DNA of 64,000 nt. It comes from Eledone cirrhosa. Taxonomy: Eukaryota. The stretch lies in assembly GCA_964016885.1 (NCBI GenBank), contig OZ024742.1, forward strand, positions 110,422,001 to 110,486,000, read 5' to 3'. Positions 47,815 to 61,474 of the stretch are shown in pieces. The stretch's first letter is position 1. Every line of letters begins with the position of its first letter. The position numbers and the translations under genes were made by a program. Under the pieces are notes generated by a model, which saw only the letters and a list, made by a program, of their open reading frames with translations, had not been told where the DNA came from and did not search any database.

Positions 47815-49974
47815 ATGCGAAAACACAATATCGACTTCTCTACCAAGAACATCCCAATCCCACCGAAAAAACTTTACCTTCGGATGCTTACGCAAAAAAT
47901 CGATCTATTTGCGAAAAGACTTAGATGGAGAACTTAGATGGAGAACTTTTTTCTACGACAGATTCTGCGACAATCAGGACTTCGGTACCAAGGAGAGATT
48001 CGGATTTATTACCTACAAATCACCCCCCCCCGAACCCTTTGCTCTCACCCTTCGAGAATGACCTCTTCCAACTGGTCAAGAACCTTAAATTCAAACCCAG
48101 ACACAACCGATTCCTACAAAAACTCCGTAGCAACTTAACAGAGTATGATAACACCAATGACATCATGGTGCATTCGGATAAAACTGGGAACCTATACTTT
48201 GTCAACCCCGACATATACCACACACTGATCAGGAGCAGCCTAAACTCCACCTATAAAAAGGCTAACCACTCATGCATCGAGGACATTAATCGAGATGGAC
48301 AACAAATTACCTCCAGCCGACCGCACCGAACCCCTAGACCCACGGACACCCTTCTTCACACTGAAGGACCACAAATCCGATTTCGACTGTAAACCATCTA
48401 TCAGGATTATAAACCCAACGAAGTCCGACATAGGGAGAATCAGCAAAAAAATCCTAGACCGCGTGATACCAAAAGTCAAGCAACACGCCCGACTTAGCCT
48501 ATGGATCAACACCCAGGAAGTTATCTCATGGTTCAGTAATTTGGAGGATAAACGAGACTCTAAATTTATCCAGTTCGACATAGAGAGCTACTATGCTTCA
48601 ATCACCTTACTGCTACTTACTGCCGCCTTGGACTTCGCCGAAGCACTTGTGCCCATCACGGACCAAGAAAGAAAAGTCATCCCCCACGCCAGGAAGATAG
48701 TCTTACTCTTTGACAACTCCAAATGGATAAAAAGAGCTCCTGACTCACCATTCGACGTCAGCATGGGCGCTACGGATTCGGCCGAGGTCACCGATCTTAT
48801 AGGATTATTCCTTATAGCCAAACTCACCGATATGTTTCCTGCTTTCGGTGGTGGATTGTACCGTGATGATGGGCTCCTTACCCTTAAAGGGTACAACCCC
48901 AGTAGTACAGATCGGGTCCGTAAACAATTAATCAGCTTCTTCCGCGACTGGGGATTTAAAATAACCCTACAAACGTCCCTGACCCGAGTTAATTTCCTGG
49001 ATGTTACCCTCGATCTCAATAATGACCTGTACTACCCATACAGGAAACCCAATGACAGCCTGCACTACATCCACCGCCGATCTAACCATCCCAGGAACAT
49101 CACCAACAACCTGGTCAAAAACATCTCCCTCCGTATATCCCGTTTGTCAGCTAATGAGAAGATATTCGATGAACATGCGCCTTACTACAACCAGGCCCTC
49201 AAGCGGAGTGGTTTCCGGGAGAAAATATCCTACTGTCCAGCTCCCATTAGCGGAACCAGCAGGCAACACCGCCGCTCACGCAATGTAACATGGTTCAATC
49301 CTCCCCACAACGCCGAGGTGACAACCCCCATCGGGAAAATTTTCTTTAGGCTCATTGAAAAACACTTCCCACCACAACACCGCTACCACAACATAATTAA
49401 CAAAAATACCATCAAACTCTCTTACAGCACTACACCTAACTTCGCACAAAACATCGTCTCCTCCAACAACAAAAAACTCAACCCCGATGGAAGAAACAAC
49501 CTAAATAGCAGTGGAGAGCCGACCAGGAGGTGCAACTGTCCTGATAGATCCAGTTGCCCCCTCGACAACAGATGCAGAGACCGTAATGTGATCTACCAGT
49601 GCAACGTGAGCACGGACACATCCAACAAAGCTTATATAGGATTAACCGCATGTGACTTCAAGACCCGGCTATACCAACACAGACATACCTTCCGAAACCC
49701 GGCCCGGCGTCACGCCACTACACTTTCGGGCCACATATGGGACCTCAAGGACAACAACATCAACTATCATCTCACTTGGAAATTACTGTCCAGAGCCAAC
49801 TCTTACACGGGAGGACGCCGTCCGTGCAATTTATGCTCGGAGGAAACATTACAAATGCTGTTTTCGACGGACCAACTCCTAAACAAGAAAGATGAACTGG
49901 TTACTGCATGTAAACACCGATTACGTAGGACTTACCTCGCCCTCAAACCCCATAATGACCCGGGGGGGGGGTAG
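47815..49974 (+). pseudogene. PLE RT-GIY-YIG ORF with 5' frameshifts; the 3' 559 codons are open
   Basis: ATG 47815 MRKHNIDFSTKNIP; 13-bp duplication ACTTAGATGGAGA at about 47919-47944; further shifts at about 48030 and about 48310. GLYRDD, CNCPDRSSCPLDNRC, YIGLTACDFKTR. Confidence 0.9.
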
Positions 49975-51179
49975 ACTAGGGAATAACACCCCACTTGCCT
50001 ATTTTGTAATGGGTAACCCCTGCTTGCCAATGGAGACGTAAGATCTTCTTTTACATTATTTTATCGCTTCCTCTATATCTCCTCCTTCCCCCCATCCCTC
50101 CCTAGTCCTTCTACCGCAGTTCCCTTTCTTTGTCGTCGTCTTTTTCTCGCCCACCCGAGGTAGCCCCTCGGTCCCTTGTAGCTTCAGCACCCCCACCCCC
50201 TCCCCTATTCTATGATAGATTTGGCTGACTCCGCTTTTTATAGCAGAGGTGTTAGACTTCGGAGACTCGCCCCTTCTCCGACCGCTGTCCCCTTTTTTCC
50301 GTGCCTTCTATATTTCTTAGTGGCATCTTTGCTTTAATTTCTCGTTTATCCAGTATTTCTTTCTTCTTTTTCCCTTTTGGGGTGGGGTGGGTGGGGGTGG
50401 GGGGTGTTCCTGTATTACTTTTCCGTTCTTTACTTTTACTTCGTACGATCTTTCATGTAGCTTGTATAAGACTTTTTGTTTCGTGGCGGTACCCTTAGTG
50501 TTAGCACTAGTATTTTTTTGCGGGACCCTGAATTATATTCTCGTACTAATTTACTTTCTTGCACTGGGTGGTTGCTGGCCCTGTGATTGGGGTAAAAACT
50601 TTTATTTCGTGGTAGTCTCTTTAGTATTCTGCCCCCCCCCCCACCCTTGTTGACCCGTCACCGTACGATACACGCACTTATACCTCGTATAAGTCTCCCT
50701 TTATTTCCGTCCCACCTAGTTTATTTCTATTATTATATTTTATTTTTTTATTCTACATTATATATACATATATATATATATATTTTTTTTTTAAATTTAT
50801 TTATCTATTCTTTTATTCACTTATTTGTTTATTTATTTATTTATGTATTTCTTTAGCCTAGCAATAGCGAGAGACTTAAGTCTTAGTAACCAGACTTTGC
50901 TTATTTATTTTTTTTCTCTCTCAGTACCTTTTATAGTGTTACCTTTCATTGTTCTACTTACCGTTTCGACCCCCTCCCCCTCCCCCTCCCCAGTATCTTT
51001 TTTGACCTCACACCCAGCTGTAGCTGGCACGACCAACGCATGAATGGGTCTACTCCTCCCCCTCTCCCCTTTTCTCCTACCGGCAGTTTTAGCTACCGCT
51101 TCCCCCACCTTCACAGATTTACTACTAACTTGTGATGTGACCAATCCTGGTGATTATCTCTTTAACCATATATGGAATT

Positions 51180-51273
51180 ACCCCTTGATAAGCTCGGCTA
51201 TTTAAATACCAGAATAAATTTTCATTCAGTACAGAATTAGCCGTCGAAACGGCTTGAGCTCAGCCGTCGGGGT
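51180..51273 (+). ncRNA. Hammerhead ribozyme, U3-A8 variant
   Basis: ACCCC-TTGATAA-gctCGGCTA..TAGCCGtc-GAAA-CGGCTtgagctcAGCCG-TC^GGGGT. Confidence 0.85.
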
Positions 51274-51423
51274 CTTACTTGTTCCTATTACCCACTCTAC
51301 TACCCTAAGTATTGAGTACTTTGGTGCGTTATGGTCCACCTGGTTCCTTACCACATTTCCTTCGTTATATATGTATATATATATGTATATATATATGTAT
51401 ATATATATATGCATATATATATG

Positions 51424-51458
<35 letters not shown>

Positions 51459-51472
51459 GTATATATATATAT

Positions 51473-52082
51473 GGTCAGGTCACCAGTTGGTGCTACTGGT
51501 AACATGTATCCCAGTACAACCTGTCCCATGGTCGGGTCGTTGGCGACTAAACTGGCAACCCCACCAAGGTTTCTTGGTGAGGAGGGTGACTTTGGACATC
51601 CTGCAGGACTAAAAACAAGACCTGTCAAAGGGCAAAGGAGCTATTAAGAGTCAATGGCCATCCAAAATCACCGGGAGAGATGACCCCTTAGCCTTTGTCA
51701 AGGCAGAATTCTAGGAGAAGGAAAACTCTGATATAACACCTGCAACTCTGATGGTATCCAATGATGTTGACTTGTTCTTTATTTTGGTAAATTTCATCTT
51801 GGTTAAGAGAGTGGGACTGGCTTTGTGCAGTGCCTTTGCTCACTATAAAAGCTTCACGGCACAGGCATTGCTTTATATCTGGAGATCTCTCTGCACTTGT
51901 CGTCACAGGGTACCATGGCCCCAGCACTATGTGTCAATATTTGTCACAAGTGTAGTGTTTGTACCAGAGTTTTCAAGTCGCTGGCTGGACTAAAAGGTCA
52001 CACTCGTTCACTGCATCGGTAGGGGTTCTCCTATATGGATATAAAGTAGTGGCCGTACTCGAAAACGAGTTGGCAGCCACCA
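51473..52082. mobile_element. Probable RTE-like LINE 5' region, rearranged
   Basis: GGCGACTAAAC and GGAGAAGGAAAACTCTGAT motifs recall RTE 5' UTRs (recognised from memory only); (TA)n flanks. Confidence 0.35.
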
Positions 52083-52168
52083 TATATATATATATATGCA
52101 TATATATATATATATATGTATATATATATGTATATATATATGTATATATATATATGCATATATATATG

Positions 52169-52260
<92 letters not shown>

Positions 52261-52266
52261 TATTTG

Positions 52267-52298
<32 letters not shown>

Positions 52299-52455
52299 TA
52301 TGTTGTTATACTTTGGGAGGGTCATGTTGCCAATAAGAAACACACGCACCAGTTGCTTTCACTTCAATTTATTATAATAAATTTATAATAAATTTATAAA
52401 TTTATAAATTTCTGGTTGGTTGGTTGGTTCCACAACCGGATAGTTGTTTATATAT

Positions 52456-52499
52456 AGTCATAGTTCTTTCGTCACACACTCTGTGCCTCTTCAGTGACT
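52456..52499 (-). ncRNA. Type I hammerhead in the 3' pLTR of the adjacent PLE
   Basis: Minus strand: AGTCA-CTGAAGA-GgCACAgagtgTGTGaC-GAAA-GAAC-TA^TGACT. Confidence 0.85.
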
Positions 52500-52698
52500 G
52501 GGGATTCCTTTCTTTGTTTCTGTGCCTCTCCTTTGTTCTGTCCTACGCCATTTTGTTTCTGTGTGTGTGTGTGTGCTCAGGCTGCGCATGCGCCACATCC
52601 TGGTGTCTGTGTGTGTTTATGTTCATTTATTTATTTGTTTATTTACATGTTACTGGTTGGTTGTTTGTTCTATGTGTGTGTGTGTTTTCATTTTGTCC

Positions 52699-54205
52699 TT
52701 AATTGTAAGTTGTGATGTTGCTGTTCCACTCATATTTTCTATTTAATTTTGGTTGTAATTCTTTTATGTTTATTGCCTCTGTAATTTGTCTAAACATTGC
52801 GTCTTTTCTGTGTGTAGATTCTATTTTTATTTTTATGTTCTCTAATTTACCCTTGTGTTCTATTTTAGCATGTTGGTAGAATACAGATGATTCTTTATTA
52901 TCTTGAAGGTCTCGCCAGTGTTCATTTATCCGTTCCTCTACACTACGAGCTGTCTCACCTATGTACACTATATTTTTGTCTCTACATTGTCCTTCAGTAC
53001 ATCTTATGCTATACACTACATTTCTAGTTTTACAGTTAATATAGGGGCTTATTTTACAGGTTATACATTTCTTATTTATACATGAGTGTCTTTGAAAAGG
53101 GTATGTCTTGCTAATAAGTGTTTTTACGGAGGTACCTGGTCTTTCTACTATCTTAATATTGAGTTTATATTTATTTAGGGCCCTTCTAAATTTGTAAGCT
53201 AATTCACCTCTAGGGGTTGTATCGATGAACATTACACTCTGGTATTTATTGCTATCATACCATGAGTTTATTCTATTAGCCTTGTTCCTAGTTCTTTCTA
53301 TTCTATTCCAAAATTTGCTCCTATACAAGGGGCAGGTCCCATTTATGTCATTATTTACCATTTTTTCCCATTTGGTTCTGGCTCCTCTATACACTCTGAT
53401 TTTATCTCTCTGATTGTAGCCAGAGAACTGCATACGGTGGATGAAGTGTTGTATGTGTCTATCTAGTTCTTCGGGGTTGCACATGCGGGACACATTTCTC
53501 ATCACCCGTACCAAATCCGCAATCAGTATGTTGATTTTGGTATGGTCCGAGACGGCCGAGTTTCGGTGGATCAGATGTTTGGAAGTCATGGGTTTGGCAT
53601 AATGGGAATGGAGGATTTGTTTTTTGTTGTTAATGGTATCTAACCAGAGCTCTGTGTCTAGTACAGGTAATCGATGGTTGGGGTGTTTACTTGGGTAGTC
53701 TATAGTAACTATAATACTCTGGTGGATGGAGTTTGCTATTTGCTGGATGCTTTCCATTGTGTTTTTCTCTAGTTCCTGACTGTTCTCTAGTGGGGGTCCC
53801 TTGACTACGATGTTTATATCATCAACGTAGCGGGAGTACATTATCAGGGTTAAGGGGTCTTCTAATTGTTCTTTAAGTTTAACTTTAAGTCTACTGTCCC
53901 ACCATACCATGAATAAGTTAGCTATGTCGCCTGCAATGCTAACACCAATGGCTGCTCCTTCCTCTTGGGCATATGTTTTTCCATTAAATTTGAACATATA
54001 TTCCTTAAGGGTTAGTTTTATGCTGGCCCCTACTGCATGTGCAATCATTTTCTTCAGTTCATCGTGGTTTTCGGGTGTCCGTATTGCTCTGGTCCACCCG
54101 TTCCATCTATCTGTGTGGGTTTTCTTGGCCATTGAGGTAATGGTAGGTGGTCTGCCTCTTGCTGGTCTTGTAGGGCACAGGTTGCTAAGGTCATATGTGT
54201 CTAGG
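52699..54205 (-). CDS. 5'-truncated PLE RT + GIY-YIG (YVDD; Nematis/Neptune-like)
   Basis: QEEGAAIGVSIAGDIANLFM, YSRYVDD, LPVLDTELW, CINKKCITC, NVVYSIRC..YIGETARSVEERINEH, PKLNRK. Confidence 0.9.
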
Positions 54206-54224
54206 TAATTATTACATACAGGGG

Positions 54225-57200
54225 GAAAAGGACACAAAAAATAAAAATTATGAGTATCACACCAAATGTAAATATTTGGTGGATACTATGTGGATTCATT
54301 GATTTTGATGAAGATAGAATAATCATCATCACCCAGTGATGATGAGGGAGAACACCTCCGCGAAAAAAGAAAAAAAAGTGACATACACGAACAAACAGAC
54401 AACAAACACACAACCACCAACACAAACAACACAAACATCACCCCCCCCCTCTTCTGAAAACAAAACACCCACAACAAAGAGAAAACACACACAAGAACAA
54501 CAAACAAAAAACTAACACTACACAACAAAGACAGTACACATATATAAACACAGACAATAAAACTTTAATGCAGGTTATAACCAAAGACCCTTCGGTTTCC
54601 ACCGAAGGGAAAACATTTACCTACTCGTGGGAAAAACCTAATCTTAAGATGATTAGGATCCCGATAGACATATATAAACATTTAAAAGAAAACTTTCCAA
54701 ACGACGTAGGCAACCCCTGCGTCAAACCTTACAACCGAGTCGTGTTAAAATCCCCCCCCCCCGACACCCCCCACCAAACATCTCAGTCCCCACCCCACCA
54801 GAAACCTCCACCCCACCAAACAACCCCTCCAACACCCCCTGGAAATTGTGCAGCCTGGTCCCCAGGAGACGAAGAGATAAGTGATCTCTTTTCTTCTTCT
54901 TTTAACTTTTCAGCACCAACATGGCCAATATAAAAGTTGGATGTGTGAATGTACGCGGCCTGGGAATCCTATGGAAACAGGGCAAACTCTTAAACAACCT
55001 CAGGTCCCACAGTATAGATGTAGTAGCCATTTACGAGTCCAGGATCCACAGTGAGCGGCAACTGGCCCCATCTTCGACGATTTTGAGATCTACGCTTCTC
55101 TCTGTCAGCCGGGAGGTGGAGGCGGGGTTGCTGTTTTGCTGGGGAAACACCTGGACCTCGTAACACAGACGGTACATCTGGACCCGGAGAGTCGACTGGT
55201 GGTCCTAGACGTCGACAGTAGTGAAGGTGGAGCGTTCAGACTGGTGGCCGTATATGCCCCTTCCGGGACATCGCGGCCAGACTTCTTCAAACGTCTAGAG
55301 ACTTTTCTCGGAACGTCCCGATCCTTGCGCGATAGAGGGAGGTGTAACAGTCTCAAACAGTTAATCGGCCGATTTCAACTGGCCGATAAATACCGACTAG
55401 ATTTTCTGACTGTGCCACTGTGGACGTGGACCAACCGTAGCGGGACATCTAGATCGTACCTAGATAGGTTTCTAGTTAGAGATAGTGATAGGGACATGTT
55501 AAGCTGTCCACACATGTTCATGGTTGCCTATTCAGATAACAAACTAGGGACCTGCATAGTCAACCTTGATAGAACACATAGATAAGGACCCGGCTACTGG
55601 AAGCTAACCTTGTCGTTACCGACATGCAAAGCTTACAGTAGACGGATTAGCACTTTCGTTAAGCAGCAGTTGACAGGGGCAATTGTCAACAATTAGATTA
55701 GAATCGATAGGCTTTAGTAAGGAACTAGCGTTAGATAGGAATAGGACTGAAAAAGAACTAGTAGATAAAGTAGAAGAGGCGATTAGAAGTGGAAACGTAG
55801 CTAACGTGCTAGCGACAAGAACGGCCTTAGACCAGTTCTTCGACACAAAGCACGAAGGCTGCGTAGTCAGGAGTAAAACACGTGCTCTAGGAAATGAGGG
55901 AGCCAGAGCTGTTAGCTGGGCCCGAGTTACAGAGGCGAAAAGTGGAAAAAAATCCACGATTCGGTCTTTGAAGGACCAAGATGGAGGTGTGATACTTGAA
56001 CCGGAGCGGATGTGCGCGGCCTTTCAGCGGAACTTTGCACAGTTGTCCGGGAGGGGTGGCGCGCCGGGAGAGACTATGGATTTCGGTCCATACCTCGACG
56101 GCCTGCCGCGACTCTCGGACGGGGAGGCGAAGTCCTGCGAAAGGCTGATTTCAGCCGCTGAGATAGGGGACGCGCTGAGCCAATGCGGCAAACGCAAATC
56201 TCCGGGTCTCGACGGTCTACCCTACGAACTTTACGTAGCAATGCCAGACTTGTTCTCCGATCTCCTCGAAGCGGTCTACTGCAACTGGCAGCAGAACGGG
56301 AGAATTACCAGTTCTGTAGTCGCGCTATTCAGGAAGGACTAGAACAAGGGGGACTACATAGGTAACTTCAGGCCCATAACTCTGCTAAACACAGAGTTAC
56401 AGATTTTGGCCAAGGTGTTAGCAAAGAGGTTGGCGCTTGTCGTCGGGGACCTGGTGGAAGAAGCGCAGACATGCGTAAGCTCGTCCAGGTCCTTACACGA
56501 CAACCTCCACCTCATGCGATACATCGTATAGAGGGTAGGGTGTGAACCCGGCTTCGGTGGGGCCCTGATCAACTTGGATCAATCTAAGGCGTTCGACAGG
56601 GTTGACCATCGTTACATGGATGAGGTGCTCGCAGCAGCAGGCTTCGGACCTTTGTTCAGAGGCTGGATTGCTGCAATGCAGAGCAGCAACATCTGCTCAA
56701 GGGTTAAGGTGAACGGCTACCTCTCGGAGCCGTTCCAAATCACGTGTTCCACTCGACAGGGATGCCCTCTCTCCTCTCTTCTGTATGTACTGGCTCTCGA
56801 TCCACTACTGCGAAAGTTGGAGCGACTACAGGGCATCCCGTTGGAACTGGGACTACGAAAAGCGGTGTCGGCCTACGCCGTTGACGTGACAGTAATGGTG
56901 TCGAGCACCTCGCAAATCGGGGAGGTCGGCACCTTACTGGAGGAATACGAAAGGTTCACAGGAGCGAAGCTGAACCGGAATAAGTCCGTCGGTTTGCAAC
57001 TCGGATCGTGGAGAGCCAAACCGATGCCTTCCGATGGCGTCGTAGGACGCTGGACGGAGGGACCGATGAAGCTGCTCGGGATCTAGTTCGGACCGGACCT
57101 CCAGGTGGAGAAAAACTGGAACGAGGTGACGGCCAAGGTGTTTGCGCTCGCCCAGAAGTGGGCCGAGTGCAAACTGTCCTTGAAAGGTCGAGCGGAGGTG

Positions 57201-58460
57201 GCGAACGCTTTCATAGCGTCCGTCATCTACTACCGCTTGACCGTCGTGCCTTGTCCAGGTAAAACGCTCACCAAAATAGAGCACGCGCTCTTCCAATTGC
57301 TTTGGTGAGAAGATCCATCTGCTGTCAACACCCTTCTAACGGAGGGCTGTGGATGCCGTGGCTGACGATGCGTAAACACGCACTCAGGCTGCGGCACCTC
57401 CACGTATTCCTCACCCATCAACCGGTGTTGGCCCCGTTCGTGAGGCGAACCTTCCCACATCTCGTCTCACTGACCGAACTGCAGTCCTGGGTTAAGCAAA
57501 GACCGTGGAAAATGGGCGACTGGCACATTGAATGTGCTCAGGCGCTCACGGTCCTCTGGCAAACGGACCCGGCAATCAGTGGAGACTCCACTTCATCATT
57601 CTATAGAGGGTTGGTCCGCAGCAAGTACGATGACACTCTCGGAGAAACTCCAGGCATGGAGGAAGATAAAATGGACAGTCTGTTCGGTAGGACCTTCCAC
57701 CCGGGACCGATGGATAACTTCCAAAAGTCCCTGGCCTGGCAGTGCTACCGAGGAGCTCTACGCGTTTGAGACAAGCTCTACAGACACGGGCGCCTGGGCA
57801 GGGACCCCTCGTAAAAGATCTGTGCGAGATGCTTGCGGGACGAGGAAACCGTCGCGCACGCATTTGTACACTTCCCGGGCGTTACCGACCTGTGAAGCTA
57901 CGTAGAACGACTACTGTCGCGGGTGGCACCAATCAGGTTGGCCACCGGGTCCATTGTCATGATCAAACCACCACCCTCCTTCAAAAACGAAGGAGAGGCG
58001 GTTTTCCTCTGTGTAATGGCTATGGTGAAAGAGGCTATATGGTGGACGAGGTTGAAAGGGCTGAGGTCAGACACCTTTCTCTCCGGCTAACAACTGGTTC
58101 GCTTCTTTAAATATCATTTTAAAAGAAGAATCAGACTGGAGAGAGAGGTGCTGCACCTCAGCAAAATTTACGAAAGGTGGGTGAATGTGGCAAGGATGGC
58201 CCGAGTGATTGGGCCTTCTCTCTATATAAGCCTGTAGGTTGAGGAAGCGGATGAAGAGAGGAAGGGAGCACTCGCTCCTCGTGCTCCTGGAGAGGGGGGT
58301 TGCACATTTTCTTGGGAGTGTATACAACCCTTTTGTAACGCCTGCCCCCTATTGGGGATTTCGATTGTTTTATTTTTTCATTGTTATATTTTTTACACGA
58401 ATTTTCTGTATGTAAACTCCCCCCATTGTATTTGTTCCCATCTTTTACGCCCTCGTGGCA
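54225..58460 (+). pseudogene. L1/Tx1-type LINE, 5'-truncated in ORF1; decayed ORF2 at 54921-58237 (APE endonuclease, RT, zinc-binding domain)
   Basis: VGCVNVRGL, RLVAVYAP, SYLDRF, GPGYWKL, KSPGLDGLPYE, FRPITLLN, DQSKAFDRVDH, RQGCPLS, AYAVDV; many stops and frameshifts. Confidence 0.9.
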
Positions 58461-59372
58461 GCAAGCAGACCCGATTATCAGTGGAGACTCCACCTCGACA
58501 TTCTATAGAGGGCTGGTACGCAGCAGATGCGACGACGCCCTCGGAGAAGCCCTAGACATGGAGGAAGAAGAACTGGCCAGCCTGTTCGGTAGGACATTCA
58601 GTCCGGGACCCATGGACAACTTCCAGAAGTCCCTAGCCTGGCAGTGCTACCGAGGGTCTCTACCCTTTCGAGAAAAGCTCTACAGACACTGGCGCCCGGG
58701 TAGGGACCCCGCCAAAAAGATTTGTCCCAGATGCGTGTGCGACGAGGAAACCGTTGCACACGCATTGATACACTGCTCGGGCGTAGCCGATCTGTGGGGC
58801 TATGTCGAACGACTGTTGTCACGGGTGGGACCGATCCGGTTGACCACCGAAGCCATTGTAACGATTAAGCCGCCTCACCCCTTCAAAAATGAAGGAGAGG
58901 CGGTGTTTCTGTGCGTAATAGCCATGGTGAAAGAGGTTGTATGGTGGACGCGTCTGGAAGGACTGAGGTCAGGTACCTTTCTCTCTGGCCAACAACTGAT
59001 CCGTTTCTTCCGATACCATTTCCGAAGAAGGATCAGGATGGAGAGAGAGGTGCTCCACCCCAGTCGTTTTAATGAAAGGTGGCTGATGTAGAGAGAATGG
59101 CCCGTGTGAATGTGCCTTCTCTCTACATCAGCCTGTAGATGGAAAAGATGAAGGAACGAGGGAGCACCCTTTCACTGTGCTCCTGAGGAGAAGGGTTGCA
59201 CACTTTATTCGGAGATGTGTGCGAACCCCCAAAACGCCTCCTCCCTATTGAGGACTTTATTATTAATCTTATATTTATTTGTTTCTTTACTCGCCTTTTT
59301 GTGTAAACTCCCCCCCTTGTATTTTTCCCCTTCTTTTACGCCGTCGTGGCAATAAATAGAAATATATCTATC
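58456..59372 (+). mobile_element. Second L1/Tx1 copy, 3' 0.9 kb only
   Basis: WQQADP..CPRCVCDEETVAHALIHC, stop at about 59138, 3' UTR similar to 58238-58460, AATAAA at 59351. Confidence 0.88.
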
Positions 59373-59563
59373 TGGGATGAAACTTGCTCGGTAAGTTTTG
59401 TTTAAATTTCTTTAGAAATTCGTCATTGTGAACTTTTATTTTTATACCAATTTGTAGAGGGACTGACAAGTCAAATTTTGATCCGGTCAATCCCCCAAAA
59501 TATCGTGCCCTTCAGGGCAAAAACATTCTAAATATTTTTGCAAAGCACTTCAAATTTTAAAAA

Positions 59564-61442
59564 ATGGCTGAAGCAAAGGCACCTATTTTTTTGTCAAGAC
59601 AAGAAGATGGGAAGGGAAAGCCATGCCTATTTGACCAGCAGGTAGTAGCAGACATGGACAAAGGAATGCCAACATTATCGCTTCAACATTTAGAATAGGA
59701 ACAAGCTTCAGCTGCTTGTAAGCAACTGAACACGCCTGACGTCACAGACGTCACATATATCCACACACAGAAGGAAGTATGTGTAGCAAACACTAATACC
59801 ACCACAACCAACAACAACACAATAAATGAGAACAACAACACAACAAAAGGAATCAGTGGGAACACAACGAATGAGACCATCATCACCACCAACAACAACA
59901 ATAACAAAATTTAATTTGCAGCAACAGTTGCTAAGCAACAGGATTTTAAATACTACCCCATGGACATTTCCTAAAAGTCCCAATATTTGGAAGAAGCTTC
60001 CAACTATGTGACGTTTGAGGGAGACACCCCACATATACACATACCCCCACAAGTAAGAGAAATGACACAGAAAAAGAAGCTAATTTATAGAACAGTTGAC
60101 ATCACTACCAAAAAAACCCATAACGCACCCAACAAGCACTATCGAAGCTGCACTAAAAGACATCAAGCCAGACGTGGCATACCTCCAAAGAGGTAAACAG
60201 CATGGAAGTGTGTCAGTGCTCTTTAAGAGCGAAACTCTGGCACAAAAACACTCGGTTCACCCAATAAAAACGGATCAGCACATCTTCTTCCCCACATACA
60301 TGGGAAGAAGATCCTACAAAATAAAAATAACCAGGATCCCAGTAGAGGGCAACATATGGTGGATCCTACACTGCATCCTGAAGAAGGATGAGGACACCCT
60401 CCTATCTGTAGACAGGACAGACCAGCATAACTGGTTTGGAACCTGCATCGAGGTTCTGGTACAAATGAGGCCAGAGAGAGTTGAAAAAATACCGGACAGG
60501 ATCGTCCTTGAGGAAGATGTCATCTCCATTTTAGTGGAGGGGAAAAGACCTCAGTGCCATAAGTGTGGGAAAACCACACACTTAAAGGCCTTTTGCCCTC
60601 TCTTAAACAAACCGAGGACAAACAAGATGTTATTACCAACACCAAAACCCCAACATCAACACTCCAAACCACACACAACACAAACACCTGCAACATCCAC
60701 TCCCACACCACCACAGACCAGAGACAACCACACACACAAAATCCCACTGAAAAACCCTCCATTGCCTCCCCCTGTCAATGTCAAATACTTCCACAAATAC
60801 CTGCACAAACACTCCACCACACAACATACCCCTCCCATCTATCCCTGATTCAGAAGTCTCAGATACGGGAACCTCTACATCTCCAAGTGAGAATGAAGAG
60901 GAACCCCCAAAATACAAAAAAACAAAAAAGACACAAAAAAGACAAAAAATCTACAGAAAACACGCACACACCCAACCCCACCATAAACACACCGCCACAA
61001 ACGAAAAACACACCAACAACACAATCACCACCAACACAACCAAACACTTCACCAACAAAACAAACACCCACGCCACCACAATCACAAACCCCAACCACAA
61101 AAAGAAAACTACAAACAGAAATAGTACACATAAAAAACAAAACACACTACACATACATAAAAACAAGAAACAAAGAACTGGTGGAAACTGTCCGAAAGGA
61201 CTCCACAATACAAACGGAAGGGAAAACTTTCCCCACCAACGACCCACCCCCAACCCTCAAACTTATCAGAGTAACAACCCTACAGTATGAAACTTTAAAA
61301 GAGAACTTCCCACATGATGTGCCCCCCCCCTTGCCAAAAAACCCTTAACCGTGTCCTGCTAAAAGGATTCCCTCCCTCCCCAAACACCACCAATCTGGAC
61401 ATGGAGATCGAACAACCCGACCTCCAGGAAACGAAAAGGTAA
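59564..61442 (+). pseudogene. L1/Tx1 ORF1 (CCHC zinc knuckle), disrupted
   Basis: ATG 59564 MAEAKAP; GKRPQCHKCGKTTHLKAFCP; Pro/Thr-rich tail homologous to 54300-54880; stops and frameshifts. Confidence 0.75.
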
Positions 61443-61474
61443 GTGTTCCTGTCTTTTCTCTCTTCTTCACCAAC

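Larger units (their letters stand above)
47543..51367 (+). mobile_element. Full-length PLE (YRDD type) with a partial 5' pLTR, a 38-bp terminal fold-back and a 3' pLTR
   Basis: 47581-47724 is directly repeated at about 51225-51368; palindrome 47543-47618; (TA)n flanks. Confidence 0.92.
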
